From an uncultured Bacteroidaceae bacterium (lineage in GTDB: Bacteria; Bacillota; Clostridia; Christensenellales; CAG-917): 55,974 nt of DNA. Where the stretch lies: the NCBI GenBank assembly GCA_964604875.1, contig CAZSAC010000004.1, forward strand, positions 1 through 55,974, written 5' to 3'. Shown here in pieces: positions 1 through 8,946 of the stretch (positions are counted from its first letter, which is position 1; each line of letters starts with the position of its first letter). The position numbers and the translations under genes are program-made. The notes below the pieces were generated by a model. It was not told the origin of the DNA. It saw only the letters and a list, made by a program, of their open reading frames with translations, and did not search any database.

Positions 1-95
1 AATTTATTTACCGCAAGGGTTAAAAAAAATAACCCAAAAGAATAAGGAAAATGGACAACAAACAAACGAAAATTGACTAAAAGGAGGAGACAAAA

Positions 96-668
96 ATGTT
101 TTTATACAACAAAAATAAAAAAACATATAACTTGGAAAGCAATAAGAAAAACAAGCATTTATTGATTGCAGTTTTTGTTTGTATAATGCTGTCTTCGTTT
201 TTTGTTATTCCCTCTACTGCGCGGTATATAACTATTGCGAACGGAAACAATAGTTCCGCCATTGTGGCAAAGCCGATTTTTGAGGTAGAGTTTGGCTCAA
301 CGCAGCTGTCTTTTTCAGACAATGAAAGCGGATATTTTTGTTTCAAAGTCACAAACTCTAAAGGAACTGCAATATCGGAAACGTCGATGAGATACAAAAT
401 CGTTTTAAGCGCGCCCACAAACAATTTGTCGGCAAAACCTTCGGTATTATATCTTGCCACCGACGCTACTTATGAAACCCGCGCGGAACTAATTCAAGAA
501 CCGACCTTGACAACAGACGGAAACAACAATAGTTATAGCTATCAAATTGATTCAATGTCGTTTGGTATAGGTGGTTTTCAAGAAGCTTACTATGTTGTCA
601 AATTTGACCAATTAAAAAGTGGAAACGTTCAGTTTAAGATTGAAATTATTGCCGAGCAAATAGATTAA
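96..668 (+). CDS. Exported/membrane-anchored hypothetical protein (beta-rich), possible SipW-type leader
   Basis: Strong RBS AAGGAGG at 81-87; basic N-terminus and hydrophobic helix ending IPSTARYI, then ...SAIVAKP; Ser/Thr/Asn-rich mature part. Confidence 0.75.
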   Translation: MFLYNKNKKTYNLESNKKNKHLLIAVFVCIMLSSFFVIPSTARYITIANGNNSSAIVAKPIFEVEFGSTQLSFSDNESGYFCFKVTNSKGTAISETSMRYKIVLSAPTNNLSAKPSVLYLATDATYETRAELIQEPTLTTDGNNNSYSYQIDSMSFGIGGFQEAYYVVKFDQLKSGNVQFKIEIIAEQID

Positions 669-679
669 AAATTTATAAA

Positions 680-2407
680 ATGAAAACAGGGCTCAAAACA
701 AAGAGGATAAATTTAATTCTTATTTTGGCGGTTATTTTAACGTGCCTAGCCGTTATTATACCTTCTGTTGCCAAATATATTATAAAAAAGGATACCATAA
801 TAGACATTGAAGTTAAGCCTACCGCCTTCGAATTTTGCTATCTTGACGGAATAAGCGGAAGTGACCAAAACGACGGTTCAAGCGCATATTTGGCGGTTTT
901 AACAATCGAAAAGGCGTATGAAGTCATTAAAAGCAAGGTGTTAAGCAGCAGCGTGGGCTATATTATTGTGTCAGGTGACACGTTCGTTTCTTCAATAGCT
1001 ACTCCGCAAAATTCCCCGTTTAGCGCGCAAGTGATTATAACATCAAACCCTTCAAAAATCGCTTTGGCGGGTGGGGTTACAGACACCACAAATTATCAAA
1101 TATCAAATTCTGCGGCGCTTCGGTTCGCATCTAAAATTTGTTTTAATGCCCCGACAAAATTTGAAAATATGAAATTATCCGGCGAGACGGATACCTCCGC
1201 GTCAACGTTTTATCTCGGAGGGCAACGCATCGAATTTGGCGAAAACTTGACAATGCCAAAAAACATCAACGGGAATTTTGGAATGATAACTTTATACGGC
1301 GGAAATGAAAAAACCGTATGCGACGGTGTTGACATTACAATCAAAAGCGGGATGTTCACCGAAATTTATGGCGCAGGCAACAATGCGTCTGGCGATAATA
1401 CCGTAAACGGAGACGTTAAAATATCAATGTTGGGCGGAGCGGTAAAAGAAATAAAGGGCGCGGGAAACAACAACGGAAACGTAAAAGGGAATATAACTAT
1501 TACCGTTGAAAATGCGACAGTTGAAAACGGCATATACGGCGCGGGAAATACCTCAAATATTACGGTAGGCGCAATCGGAGATGTCCTAAGCGGAAATATA
1601 ACAATTAATTATAAATCCGGCGCAACCACAAAATTTATTTACGGCGGCGGCGCAGGAACGGTTTTGGGAAACACACAAATAAACGTCACAGGGGGTACGG
1701 TTAGCGCAGCCGTTTATGGCGGTGGCGCAGGCGATGTAAACAAAAATTCGCAAATAAATATAACGGGCGGAACGGTCGCTTCGGTATATGGCGGAGGTAG
1801 CGCAGGGCAAATTCTCGGAAACACAAAGGTGTCAATTCAAGGCGCAACCATAGGCGGAAGCGTTTTCGGAGGCGGGAAAAGCGCGGCAGTTTTAGGAAAG
1901 GCTGAGGTTTATTTAATCAATTCGGCGGTTACCACGGTATACGGCGGAGGAGACGCAAGCGGCGCAACAGTATTTATGGGCGTAAAAGTCTTTATGACCA
2001 ACAGTTTTGCAACCACGGTATATGGCGGCGGCAACGCTAGCGGAGCTAATGTTAGCAATGGCGCGCAAGTGGTGTTATTGGGTTCCACAACGGATAATGT
2101 ATACGGTGGCGGAAATAACGCAATAATAGCGGGTGGAGCGCGTTTAGGCATTGATGCGTCGTCAAATATAAAATCAAAAGCTTATTTAGGCGGCAAAAAC
2201 GCAACGGTATCTGGCGATATTTTTTCATATATAGAACCGACGCTGCACTGGTGGCTTTTCGTATATATTTATAACATCGGTTCAGGCAAAATTGCATCAG
2301 GATATAATGCCTATTTGTACTATGCGCCCAAGCCAGATTTTGGCACAAGAATATCAAACGTATCCATTTGGAGCTCGCCTGACAGAGAATTTATATTCGC
2401 AGAATGA
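680..2407 (+). CDS. Exported Gly-rich repeat (probable beta-solenoid/adhesin-like) protein
   Basis: Leader ending IPSVAKYI; GSDQNDGS...LTIEKA motif; about 11-12 (V/I)YGGG repeats of 24-27 aa. Confidence 0.75.
   Translation: MKTGLKTKRINLILILAVILTCLAVIIPSVAKYIIKKDTIIDIEVKPTAFEFCYLDGISGSDQNDGSSAYLAVLTIEKAYEVIKSKVLSSSVGYIIVSGDTFVSSIATPQNSPFSAQVIITSNPSKIALAGGVTDTTNYQISNSAALRFASKICFNAPTKFENMKLSGETDTSASTFYLGGQRIEFGENLTMPKNINGNFGMITLYGGNEKTVCDGVDITIKSGMFTEIYGAGNNASGDNTVNGDVKISMLGGAVKEIKGAGNNNGNVKGNITITVENATVENGIYGAGNTSNITVGAIGDVLSGNITINYKSGATTKFIYGGGAGTVLGNTQINVTGGTVSAAVYGGGAGDVNKNSQINITGGTVASVYGGGSAGQILGNTKVSIQGATIGGSVFGGGKSAAVLGKAEVYLINSAVTTVYGGGDASGATVFMGVKVFMTNSFATTVYGGGNASGANVSNGAQVVLLGSTTDNVYGGGNNAIIAGGARLGIDASSNIKSKAYLGGKNATVSGDIFSYIEPTLHWWLFVYIYNIGSGKIASGYNAYLYYAPKPDFGTRISNVSIWSSPDREFIFAE
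1290..2200 (+). repeat. Intragenic tandem peptide repeats (V/I-Y-G-G/A-G core)
   Basis: Repeated IYGAG/VYGGG; near-identical DNA units accacggtatacggcgg (1931) and accacggtatatggcgg (2012), 81 bp apart; boundaries approximate. Confidence 0.8.
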
Positions 2408-2417
2408 CTATTTTTGC

Positions 2418-2446
2418 TTGACGGAAATCGCGCAATAGTGCAAAAT
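2418..2446 (+). promoter_or_regulatory. Putative sigmaA promoter for glycosyltransferase-plsC
   Basis: TTGACG-N17-CAAAAT. Confidence 0.4.
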
Positions 2447-2523
2447 TAAAATAATATCACTATTTTTTAAAAAAAATGATAAAATATAAAAAGTACTTTT
2501 AAAAACAACTAAAGGAATTTTTA

Positions 2524-3720
2524 ATGGATAATAAGCCCAAAATTTTATTTGCCTTCACGGAGTCAGGGTTGGGACACATCACTTCTATGCAGGCAATCAA
2601 AGAGGGAATTGAAAAAAAATACAGTGACGATTTTGAGTTGGTTTCGATATACCCTATGAACGATGACGGACCTGCAAAAAAATACGAAAACTTTATGATA
2701 AAGCAGGTTATAAATACCAATGGACATCGTGGACTTGGGAAATTTATTTTTGCATTATTGGAAGTATTCGGCAGGCAGTTTTTTTTGAGACTGTTTCATA
2801 GGACAATCATAAAAAAATCTACGGATTCGGTGGTCAATCGATTCAAAGAGGAATGCCCCGATATAATTATTTCCACCAATCACTATACTACGTTTTGCGC
2901 TTTGGAATATCAAAATCGCATTAATCCAAAGGTTTTTGTGGCGACGTATAATCCCGACAATAATACGCACGTGTGGTGGGACAACAGAGAAAAAGTTTTT
3001 ATTGTAAACAGTGACAAAGCCTATGACGAGGCAATTAGCCGTCATTTTAAAAAAGAGCAACTGTATAAGGTTGGATATACCGTAAGAAAGACGCTTGTAG
3101 AATATAATCTTTCCAAGGAAGAAAGCCGAAAAAAGTATGGTTTGCCTTTGGATAAGTTTACGGTTATTTTGGCAGACGGCGCATATGCGAGCGCAAACGC
3201 CAAAGATTTTACGCTGGAGCTTTTAAAAACGGAAAAACCTTTGACGGTGTTGTTTATCGCAGGGAAAAACCAGCAAATGTTTGAAACGATGAGCGCAATA
3301 AAGGACAAGCTCAAGTCGGCGGGAAAAGAAAACATTACGCTGGAAGTATATCCCTTTATGCCCGACATTCACGAGTTATACCGCGCGGCAGATATGTTCA
3401 TTACAAAAGGCGGGCCTAACAGCATTTATGATAGCATTTATATGGGTACGCCCGTTGTAGTAAACTATTGCAGTCAACCTATGGAGCAACAATCGTATAA
3501 TCTGTGGGTAAAAGATTATCACTGTGGCGTCGGCTGTTTTTCCAAACGGAAAATACGTCCTCTTATTGAAAATTATATAGATAATCCTCAACAACTTGAC
3601 GAGTATAAGAAAAATATAGCAAAATTCCAAGGCTGTCCCTCCGGCTCGGAGGCGGCTGCCGAAATAATCTATGCCCAATATCAAAAATTTAAGGAGAGCA
3701 ATAATGGCCAGGCAAAATAA
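2524..3720 (+). CDS. GT28 MGDG synthase/UgtP-like diacylglycerol glycosyltransferase
   Basis: N-terminal ESGLGH motif; IIISTNH; C-terminal ADMFITKGGPNSIYDS. Confidence 0.8.
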   Translation: MDNKPKILFAFTESGLGHITSMQAIKEGIEKKYSDDFELVSIYPMNDDGPAKKYENFMIKQVINTNGHRGLGKFIFALLEVFGRQFFLRLFHRTIIKKSTDSVVNRFKEECPDIIISTNHYTTFCALEYQNRINPKVFVATYNPDNNTHVWWDNREKVFIVNSDKAYDEAISRHFKKEQLYKVGYTVRKTLVEYNLSKEESRKKYGLPLDKFTVILADGAYASANAKDFTLELLKTEKPLTVLFIAGKNQQMFETMSAIKDKLKSAGKENITLEVYPFMPDIHELYRAADMFITKGGPNSIYDSIYMGTPVVVNYCSQPMEQQSYNLWVKDYHCGVGCFSKRKIRPLIENYIDNPQQLDEYKKNIAKFQGCPSGSEAAAEIIYAQYQKFKESNNGQAK

Positions 3721-4516
3721 GTGGGATTCCGTTCACGATGAGCTGGAAAAGAAAGGCGAATTTGATACTTTTACCACGCCGATTTTGGAAAGCAAAACAT
3801 TGCCTGTGGACGAAAACTATGTTTATCTTCCTAAAAACATATTTTTCCGAGCATACGGTTTCTTTTTAAAAACGCTGTGTTTTTTATTGGGGCCGATTGT
3901 AAATTTCTTTGGATTTGGCGTCCGTGTTAAGGGCAGAAAAAACTTGAAGTTAATTAAAGATTCCGGGGCAATCTCTGTTTCCAATCACGTTCATTATATT
4001 GACAATTTGATGTTACGCCAAGCAGTTTATCCGCATAAGGATATTTTTACTACCGTCGCTCCACACAACTGTAAAAAAGGCTTTGGCGGTATGACTATGC
4101 GAGCGGCGGGGATATTGCCGTTTTCAACAAACTTTGTCGCCAAAGAAAACCTGAACAAGGCAATTCATGAGCTTATGCTCAAAAAGAAACTTGTTCACGT
4201 TTACGCCGAGCGCGCGCTATGGTTTCGATATGAAAAACCGCGTCCGCACAAGTCGGGAGCGTATCATTTTGCCTATAACGAACACGTGCCGATTCTTCCG
4301 ATATATATTTGTTGGAGAGAAAACACAGGCTTGAGAAAGCTTCTTAACCTTAAAAAAGGCGCAACAGTTTTCATATTGGAGCCTATGTATATAAATTATG
4401 ATTTAGAAAGAGCGCAAGCTGTCGCCGATTTGAAACATCGGGTAGAAGAAGCTTATATAAACAAATACCGAGAGTTTTATAGTATTCAAGGCGTAATTTA
4501 CTTAAACGATAATTAA
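3704..4516 (+). CDS. 1-acyl-sn-glycerol-3-phosphate acyltransferase family (PlsC-like)
   Basis: NHVHYID (HxxxxD), YAER, VPILP motifs; start moved to ATG 3704 after AAGGAG RBS. Confidence 0.8.
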   Translation: MARQNKWDSVHDELEKKGEFDTFTTPILESKTLPVDENYVYLPKNIFFRAYGFFLKTLCFLLGPIVNFFGFGVRVKGRKNLKLIKDSGAISVSNHVHYIDNLMLRQAVYPHKDIFTTVAPHNCKKGFGGMTMRAAGILPFSTNFVAKENLNKAIHELMLKKKLVHVYAERALWFRYEKPRPHKSGAYHFAYNEHVPILPIYICWRENTGLRKLLNLKKGATVFILEPMYINYDLERAQAVADLKHRVEEAYINKYREFYSIQGVIYLNDN

Positions 4517-4523
4517 ATCTTTT

Positions 4524-4550
4524 CCCTCATAGCTATATGAGGGTTTTTTA
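4524..4550 (+). terminator. Rho-independent terminator
   Basis: ccctcata-gcta-tatgaggg followed by a T run. Confidence 0.8.
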
Positions 4551-4566
4551 TTTTTCTTTTTACTTC

Positions 4567-4594
4567 GTATAGATTTTTTTTATTTTGGAAAAAT
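4567..4594 (+). promoter_or_regulatory. Possible forespore (sigmaF/sigmaG-type) promoter of the ger operon
   Basis: GTATA-N15-GGAAAAAT, an imperfect match to the sigmaF consensus GyATA-N15-GGnnAnAhT; GAGGT RBS downstream. Confidence 0.4.
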
Positions 4595-4612
4595 CAAATT
4601 GAGGTAAAAATT

Positions 4613-6049
4613 TTGATTGAGTTTAAAACAGCTTTAAATGAAATACAAAAAGCATTGGATTGCGACGACGTGATTGTGCGAAGACTTAATCTTGGCGAAG
4701 TTGACGGCGCCCTGATATACGTTGACGCGCTAAGTGATAAAGTCCTTTTAGAGCAAGACATAATTCGTCCGCTTTTGTCGGCGGATAAAATGGAAGCTAA
4801 CGCAGACTATATCCAAAGTGTAATCAATTACGGCGAAACGTTAAAATCATCCGAGGATATTGGCGATGCGGTTACTACCATTGCAAAGGGAGACATCGTA
4901 TTTGTGATTGACAAAGCCCAGCAATACTTTTTTATTTCTCTTAAGCAGTTTAATTTCCGCAGCGTTACCGAGCCTCCTACAGAGTCCGTTTTACACGGAC
5001 CGAGAGAAGGGTTCATCGAAGATATTAAGGTCAACCTTTCACTTGTGAGGCGGAAGCTGAAAACTCCTCAGCTGAAAGTCAAACAGTTATGTCTTGGAAA
5101 GGAAAGCAACACCACCGTGGCGATTATATATCTTGGTGATATCGCCGACCCCGATACCGTAAAAGAAGTGACGCATAGGGTTGCCTCGATTGATATTGAC
5201 GGGGTTATATCGTCGGGATATGTAGAAAGATATGTGGAAAAATACAATAAATCCATTTTTCCCCAAACGGGCATAACCGAAAAGCCGGACATTGTTGTTG
5301 CCAAACTGTTGGAAGGCAGGGTAGCCATATTAATAGACGGCACGCCTGTAGCCATAACCGTTCCGTTTTTATTGTTTGAGGGTTTTCAAGACAGCTACGA
5401 CTACTACTGCCGAGATTGGAGAGCCTCAATGCTCAGAGTTTTCCGTGTAATGGGTGCGTTGCTTTCGATATGCCTTCCGGGCATATATGTGGCAGTACAA
5501 GAGTTTCACTATCACTTATTGCCACTTAAATTTATGATTACGGTATTAAACGCCATAAGCGGTATTCCGTTTACGCCCCCGATGGAAATGCTTTTCGTTT
5601 TAATTTTGTTTGAAATATTAAACCAAGCAAGCGTGCGTATGCCCAAATATGTCGGCACGGCGCTATCTATTGTTGGAGCGATTGTACTCGGTGACACCGC
5701 GGTGCAAGCTGGCTTGCTGAGTTCTCCTGCGGTTTTGATTGTTGCAATTTCGGCAATCGGCATAAATTGCGTTCCCGAGCTTGCCGATACTTTCAGCATT
5801 TTAAGACTTGCGTTGTTGTTAGTGGGAAGCGTTCTGGGGCTTTTCGGAATTATGGTTTTCCTGGTATTGGTTTTGACATATTTATGTTCATTGCAAAGCT
5901 ATAAGACGCCATATCTTGCTCCGTTTGCGCCCCTAATAGTCTCTGACTTAAAAGACGCTATAGTAAAAGACAGCATAAAAGGAATGGAAAAACGGCCGTA
6001 TTCTGTTAGCACGGAAAATAGGAGGAGAGTAAGAAATGGCAGAGGATAA
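4613..6049 (+). CDS. Spore germination receptor A subunit (GerA family)
   Basis: EPPTESVLHGPREGF, LLEGRVAILIDGTP, SIVGAIVLGDTAVQAGL, PYLAPFAP motifs; TTG start with GAGGT RBS. Confidence 0.93.
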   Translation: MIEFKTALNEIQKALDCDDVIVRRLNLGEVDGALIYVDALSDKVLLEQDIIRPLLSADKMEANADYIQSVINYGETLKSSEDIGDAVTTIAKGDIVFVIDKAQQYFFISLKQFNFRSVTEPPTESVLHGPREGFIEDIKVNLSLVRRKLKTPQLKVKQLCLGKESNTTVAIIYLGDIADPDTVKEVTHRVASIDIDGVISSGYVERYVEKYNKSIFPQTGITEKPDIVVAKLLEGRVAILIDGTPVAITVPFLLFEGFQDSYDYYCRDWRASMLRVFRVMGALLSICLPGIYVAVQEFHYHLLPLKFMITVLNAISGIPFTPPMEMLFVLILFEILNQASVRMPKYVGTALSIVGAIVLGDTAVQAGLLSSPAVLIVAISAIGINCVPELADTFSILRLALLLVGSVLGLFGIMVFLVLVLTYLCSLQSYKTPYLAPFAPLIVSDLKDAIVKDSIKGMEKRPYSVSTENRRRVRNGRG

Positions 6050-7139
6050 TTCTATATATAAAAATCAACTTGCCGTGCTGGTTTTCATACTTACGTTTGC
6101 GCTAAAAATGTCTCGATTACCGCCAGAGATGGCGGGAGTTATGGGTTCTTCGGGGACGTTTGTTGTCAGTATCTATCTTTTGTTTGAGCTGATAACTTTC
6201 CTCTTTGTTTATAGCTTTATGAAACGGGGAGGACTAGAGGTTTTTGATAAAAACCCGAGTAAAACTTATAAGGTTTTGCTGGTCGTCGTAATGGTATATT
6301 ATTTGGTAAAAACTTGTCTTGTGACGGGCGGTACTATTCTTTTTGTAATTGAATTACTGTTCGACGGCGTGAGCGCAGTGCTGATTTGTATTACACTGCT
6401 TATCCCGATTTTCTATTTGGCGTATAAAGGAATGCGTACCATAGCGCGATTTTCTCAAATATGTATATGGCTTATTGCTTTTGTTTTGGCGTTCAATTAT
6501 ATATTTTTAAAAGCAAACCCGATTTTTTCTCAAAACTTACCATTAATAAACGATACAATTCCCAAAATGTTTGAAAAAGGAAGTTCATTTTTTTTGTGGT
6601 TTGGGGATGTAACGCCGTTGCTTTTTATTAAGCTAAAAAAAGAACGCGCAAAAGGTACTCCTATAGCGGTTGCGATAATTGCGGCATTTGGTTTAATTAT
6701 TTATGGTTTTACATTGTTGTTTGCCTTATATGGAAACGCCGCGCCATATATAAGTAATTTTTTGGTCAAGGTTGCAAGCTATAATCAGTTTGCCGATAAA
6801 TTAGGACGGCTTGATTGGTCGGGAATAATTATATGGATGCTTATGGCGATGATATATCTTGCCTTTTATTTTTGGGTTATCGGTGAAATTGGGTCGAAAG
6901 TATTTAAAAAGCGCAACCTTGTTTTATCCTTATCGGTTGTCGTTGTCGCCATTGTGGAGTTTATGCTAAAAGATTATCAACGGGTGGGAGAGTTTGCTAT
7001 GTCGGAGATAAAATATTACGCAGCATTTTGTAATTATGTTTTCCCGGCAATAGTGATTATTTGGGCTTTTGCGCTGAAGAAAAAGAATGCCAAAGCAGAT
7101 GCTTTACTAGGCGGCGCGCCTGCGGGAGAAAGCGTATGA
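6036..7139 (+). CDS. Spore germination receptor B subunit (GerAB/APC-like membrane protein)
   Basis: About 10 TM helices; KGMRTIAR and GRLD motifs; lies between the A and C subunit genes. Confidence 0.8.
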   Translation: MAEDNSIYKNQLAVLVFILTFALKMSRLPPEMAGVMGSSGTFVVSIYLLFELITFLFVYSFMKRGGLEVFDKNPSKTYKVLLVVVMVYYLVKTCLVTGGTILFVIELLFDGVSAVLICITLLIPIFYLAYKGMRTIARFSQICIWLIAFVLAFNYIFLKANPIFSQNLPLINDTIPKMFEKGSSFFLWFGDVTPLLFIKLKKERAKGTPIAVAIIAAFGLIIYGFTLLFALYGNAAPYISNFLVKVASYNQFADKLGRLDWSGIIIWMLMAMIYLAFYFWVIGEIGSKVFKKRNLVLSLSVVVVAIVEFMLKDYQRVGEFAMSEIKYYAAFCNYVFPAIVIIWAFALKKKNAKADALLGGAPAGESV

Positions 7140-8296
7140 GAATGAGTTTAAAAAAGAAATACTTGACTATATTTTTGTTAGGCGCGATTTTGGTTTTATT
7201 TGCAAGAACGATACCTCAACTAAGCTTATCGCAACGAGCAATAGTTGTGGGGTTGGGGATAGACGGCGCCCCAAACAATTATACAGTAAGCGCGCAGATG
7301 ATAAATCCTCTGGCGACAGGACAAGAAAACGCAACGAACGATACTTATGGAATTGTATCGGCAAACGGCAAAACATTATCCGAGTGTTTAGATAAGATTG
7401 CGCAAAAAGTGGGACTTGACATCTCATTGGCGCACTGTAATGTGCTGATTTTGGGAAAAGAACTTGTAAACTCCGACGTATTGCCGTCTATAAACTATCT
7501 GGTTTCCGAGCATCAGCTGCCGGGGCTGGGCGCGATTGCCGCCACGGATATGCTTGCAAAAGATGTATTTAGGTCAAAGCTAATTATGTCTTCGGTAAGC
7601 GCCTTCCAAATTCAGCAGGAGCTTTTGACAAATCAGGATAAAACCGCGCACGTATTGTCAACGGTAAAGCAGTTTATGGTATACTTGCTGTCTAGGAGCA
7701 AAGTTGTTATGGTACCGTTGATAACCTCGAAAAAAGTTTCGTCGGACGACTTAGGAAGCACAAACAAAGAAGACGAATATGATGAATTGAATTATTCCAA
7801 AGCGGCATTGTTTTCAGAAGGAAAGCCCGCGCTTATCCTTGACGAGGAAAAAACCGTGGGATACAACTATGTGACAAGCCGCGCAAAAAAAGGTGAGTTT
7901 ACTGTTGAATATGAAAATCTTCCTTTCAGTTTAAACTTTCATTCTAAGAAATCCTCCAAGAAAACAAATTTCCAAAATGGAAAAGCGCAGGTTGTTTTTT
8001 CCATAGAACTTACCGCCAATGTCAATGAGGCGGGTTCTTTTGTCGACTATTTCTCGGGGAAGGACTTGACGCCCGACGTTATGGCAAGTTTAGAGGATTT
8101 GGCGGAAAAACAAATCAAAGAGCAAATAGCCAACACCTACCTGCTTTGTAAAGACGCGGGATACGACGTGTTCTCTTTAAACGACTTATTGTATTCGTGG
8201 CACGGCAACGACTGGGCAAAAGTGGCGGAAAATCCAAACTATCTTGACTTTGTGGATTTATATATTGAAGTAAACGTTACCGTTGCCAGAAATTAA
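7136..8296 (+). CDS. Spore germination receptor C subunit (Ger(x)C family), no lipobox Cys
   Basis: QRAIVVGLGID, GKTLSEC, LAHCNVLILGKEL, DVF motifs; start moved to ATG 7136 (ATGA overlap with upstream stop, GGGAG RBS). Confidence 0.85.
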   Translation: MRMSLKKKYLTIFLLGAILVLFARTIPQLSLSQRAIVVGLGIDGAPNNYTVSAQMINPLATGQENATNDTYGIVSANGKTLSECLDKIAQKVGLDISLAHCNVLILGKELVNSDVLPSINYLVSEHQLPGLGAIAATDMLAKDVFRSKLIMSSVSAFQIQQELLTNQDKTAHVLSTVKQFMVYLLSRSKVVMVPLITSKKVSSDDLGSTNKEDEYDELNYSKAALFSEGKPALILDEEKTVGYNYVTSRAKKGEFTVEYENLPFSLNFHSKKSSKKTNFQNGKAQVVFSIELTANVNEAGSFVDYFSGKDLTPDVMASLEDLAEKQIKEQIANTYLLCKDAGYDVFSLNDLLYSWHGNDWAKVAENPNYLDFVDLYIEVNVTVARN

Positions 8297-8298
8297 AA

Positions 8299-8820
8299 CT
8301 AATTGCCCTCAAGCATAATCCTAAGCGTGAGATTTTGGTCGGAAAGACGAAGTAACAGCACTCGGTTTTTTATTTCGCACTCGGGTAAAAGCTCATAGAT
8401 TTCCGAATACTTTGCAAGGGTTTTAGACAAAATTGCATTAAGTCTTTTTTTAAGACTGCCGTTAGGAGCGGTATATTCCAAAGTTGCCGCTCTGCAGCTA
8501 TGTAGTCTTAATCCTCCAAAATCCTTCAAAAGGGTTTGTCGTTCTTCAAGGAAACTTCGATAAATAGGCTTAAAAGCGTTTGACGCTTCATTTTCCAGTT
8601 TTCTTAAAATAGAAAAGCTTTGTTGATATAATGAAATTATCTCCGCCGCCACAGACGCTATCGCCTCGGGAAATTCGGCGGGCTTTTGCGCTTGGCTTAT
8701 CGGCGTCGAAAAAGGACGCACGCAATTATCGCAAGAGAAGGTTTTTGCTTTGACCTTAGCATATTCCGAGGCAAGCTTTTCAAATGTTTTATCGTCGGGT
8801 AAAATATTAAAATCGTCCAT
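8299..8820 (-). CDS. Hypothetical helical protein, candidate sigmaK-dependent spore protein
   Basis: GGAGGT RBS; convergent with gerC; amphipathic helices; sigmaK-like promoter upstream. Confidence 0.7.
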   Translation of the reverse strand: MDDFNILPDDKTFEKLASEYAKVKAKTFSCDNCVRPFSTPISQAQKPAEFPEAIASVAAEIISLYQQSFSILRKLENEASNAFKPIYRSFLEERQTLLKDFGGLRLHSCRAATLEYTAPNGSLKKRLNAILSKTLAKYSEIYELLPECEIKNRVLLLRLSDQNLTLRIMLEGN

Positions 8821-8838
8821 AGGTTACCTCCGCTTTGC

Positions 8839-8867
8839 TATTATATGTTAAAAAAGTCGGGGTAGTG
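8839..8867 (-). promoter_or_regulatory. Putative sigmaK promoter
   Basis: Minus strand cACt-N16-CATAtaaTA matches mACm-N16-CATAnnnTA. Confidence 0.55.
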
Positions 8868-8897
8868 ACTTTTTAAAAATACTCGACAAAAAAACAC

Positions 8898-8926
8898 TTG
8901 TTTTGTGCGGAAGCATAATGTATAAT
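8898..8926 (+). promoter_or_regulatory. Putative sigmaA promoter
   Basis: TTGTTT-N17-TATAAT upstream of ATG 8947. Confidence 0.55.
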
Positions 8927-8946
8927 AGCCATAAGGAATTTGTGAA

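Noticed and set aside
77-460. 127-aa minus-strand ORF
   Set aside because: Antisense shadow of 96..668, which has a strong RBS and a signal peptide
1290-2200. Repeated tacggcggcgg-like DNA as a CRISPR array
   Set aside because: Repeats are degenerate, in frame within a CDS and vary at third codon positions; no cas genes
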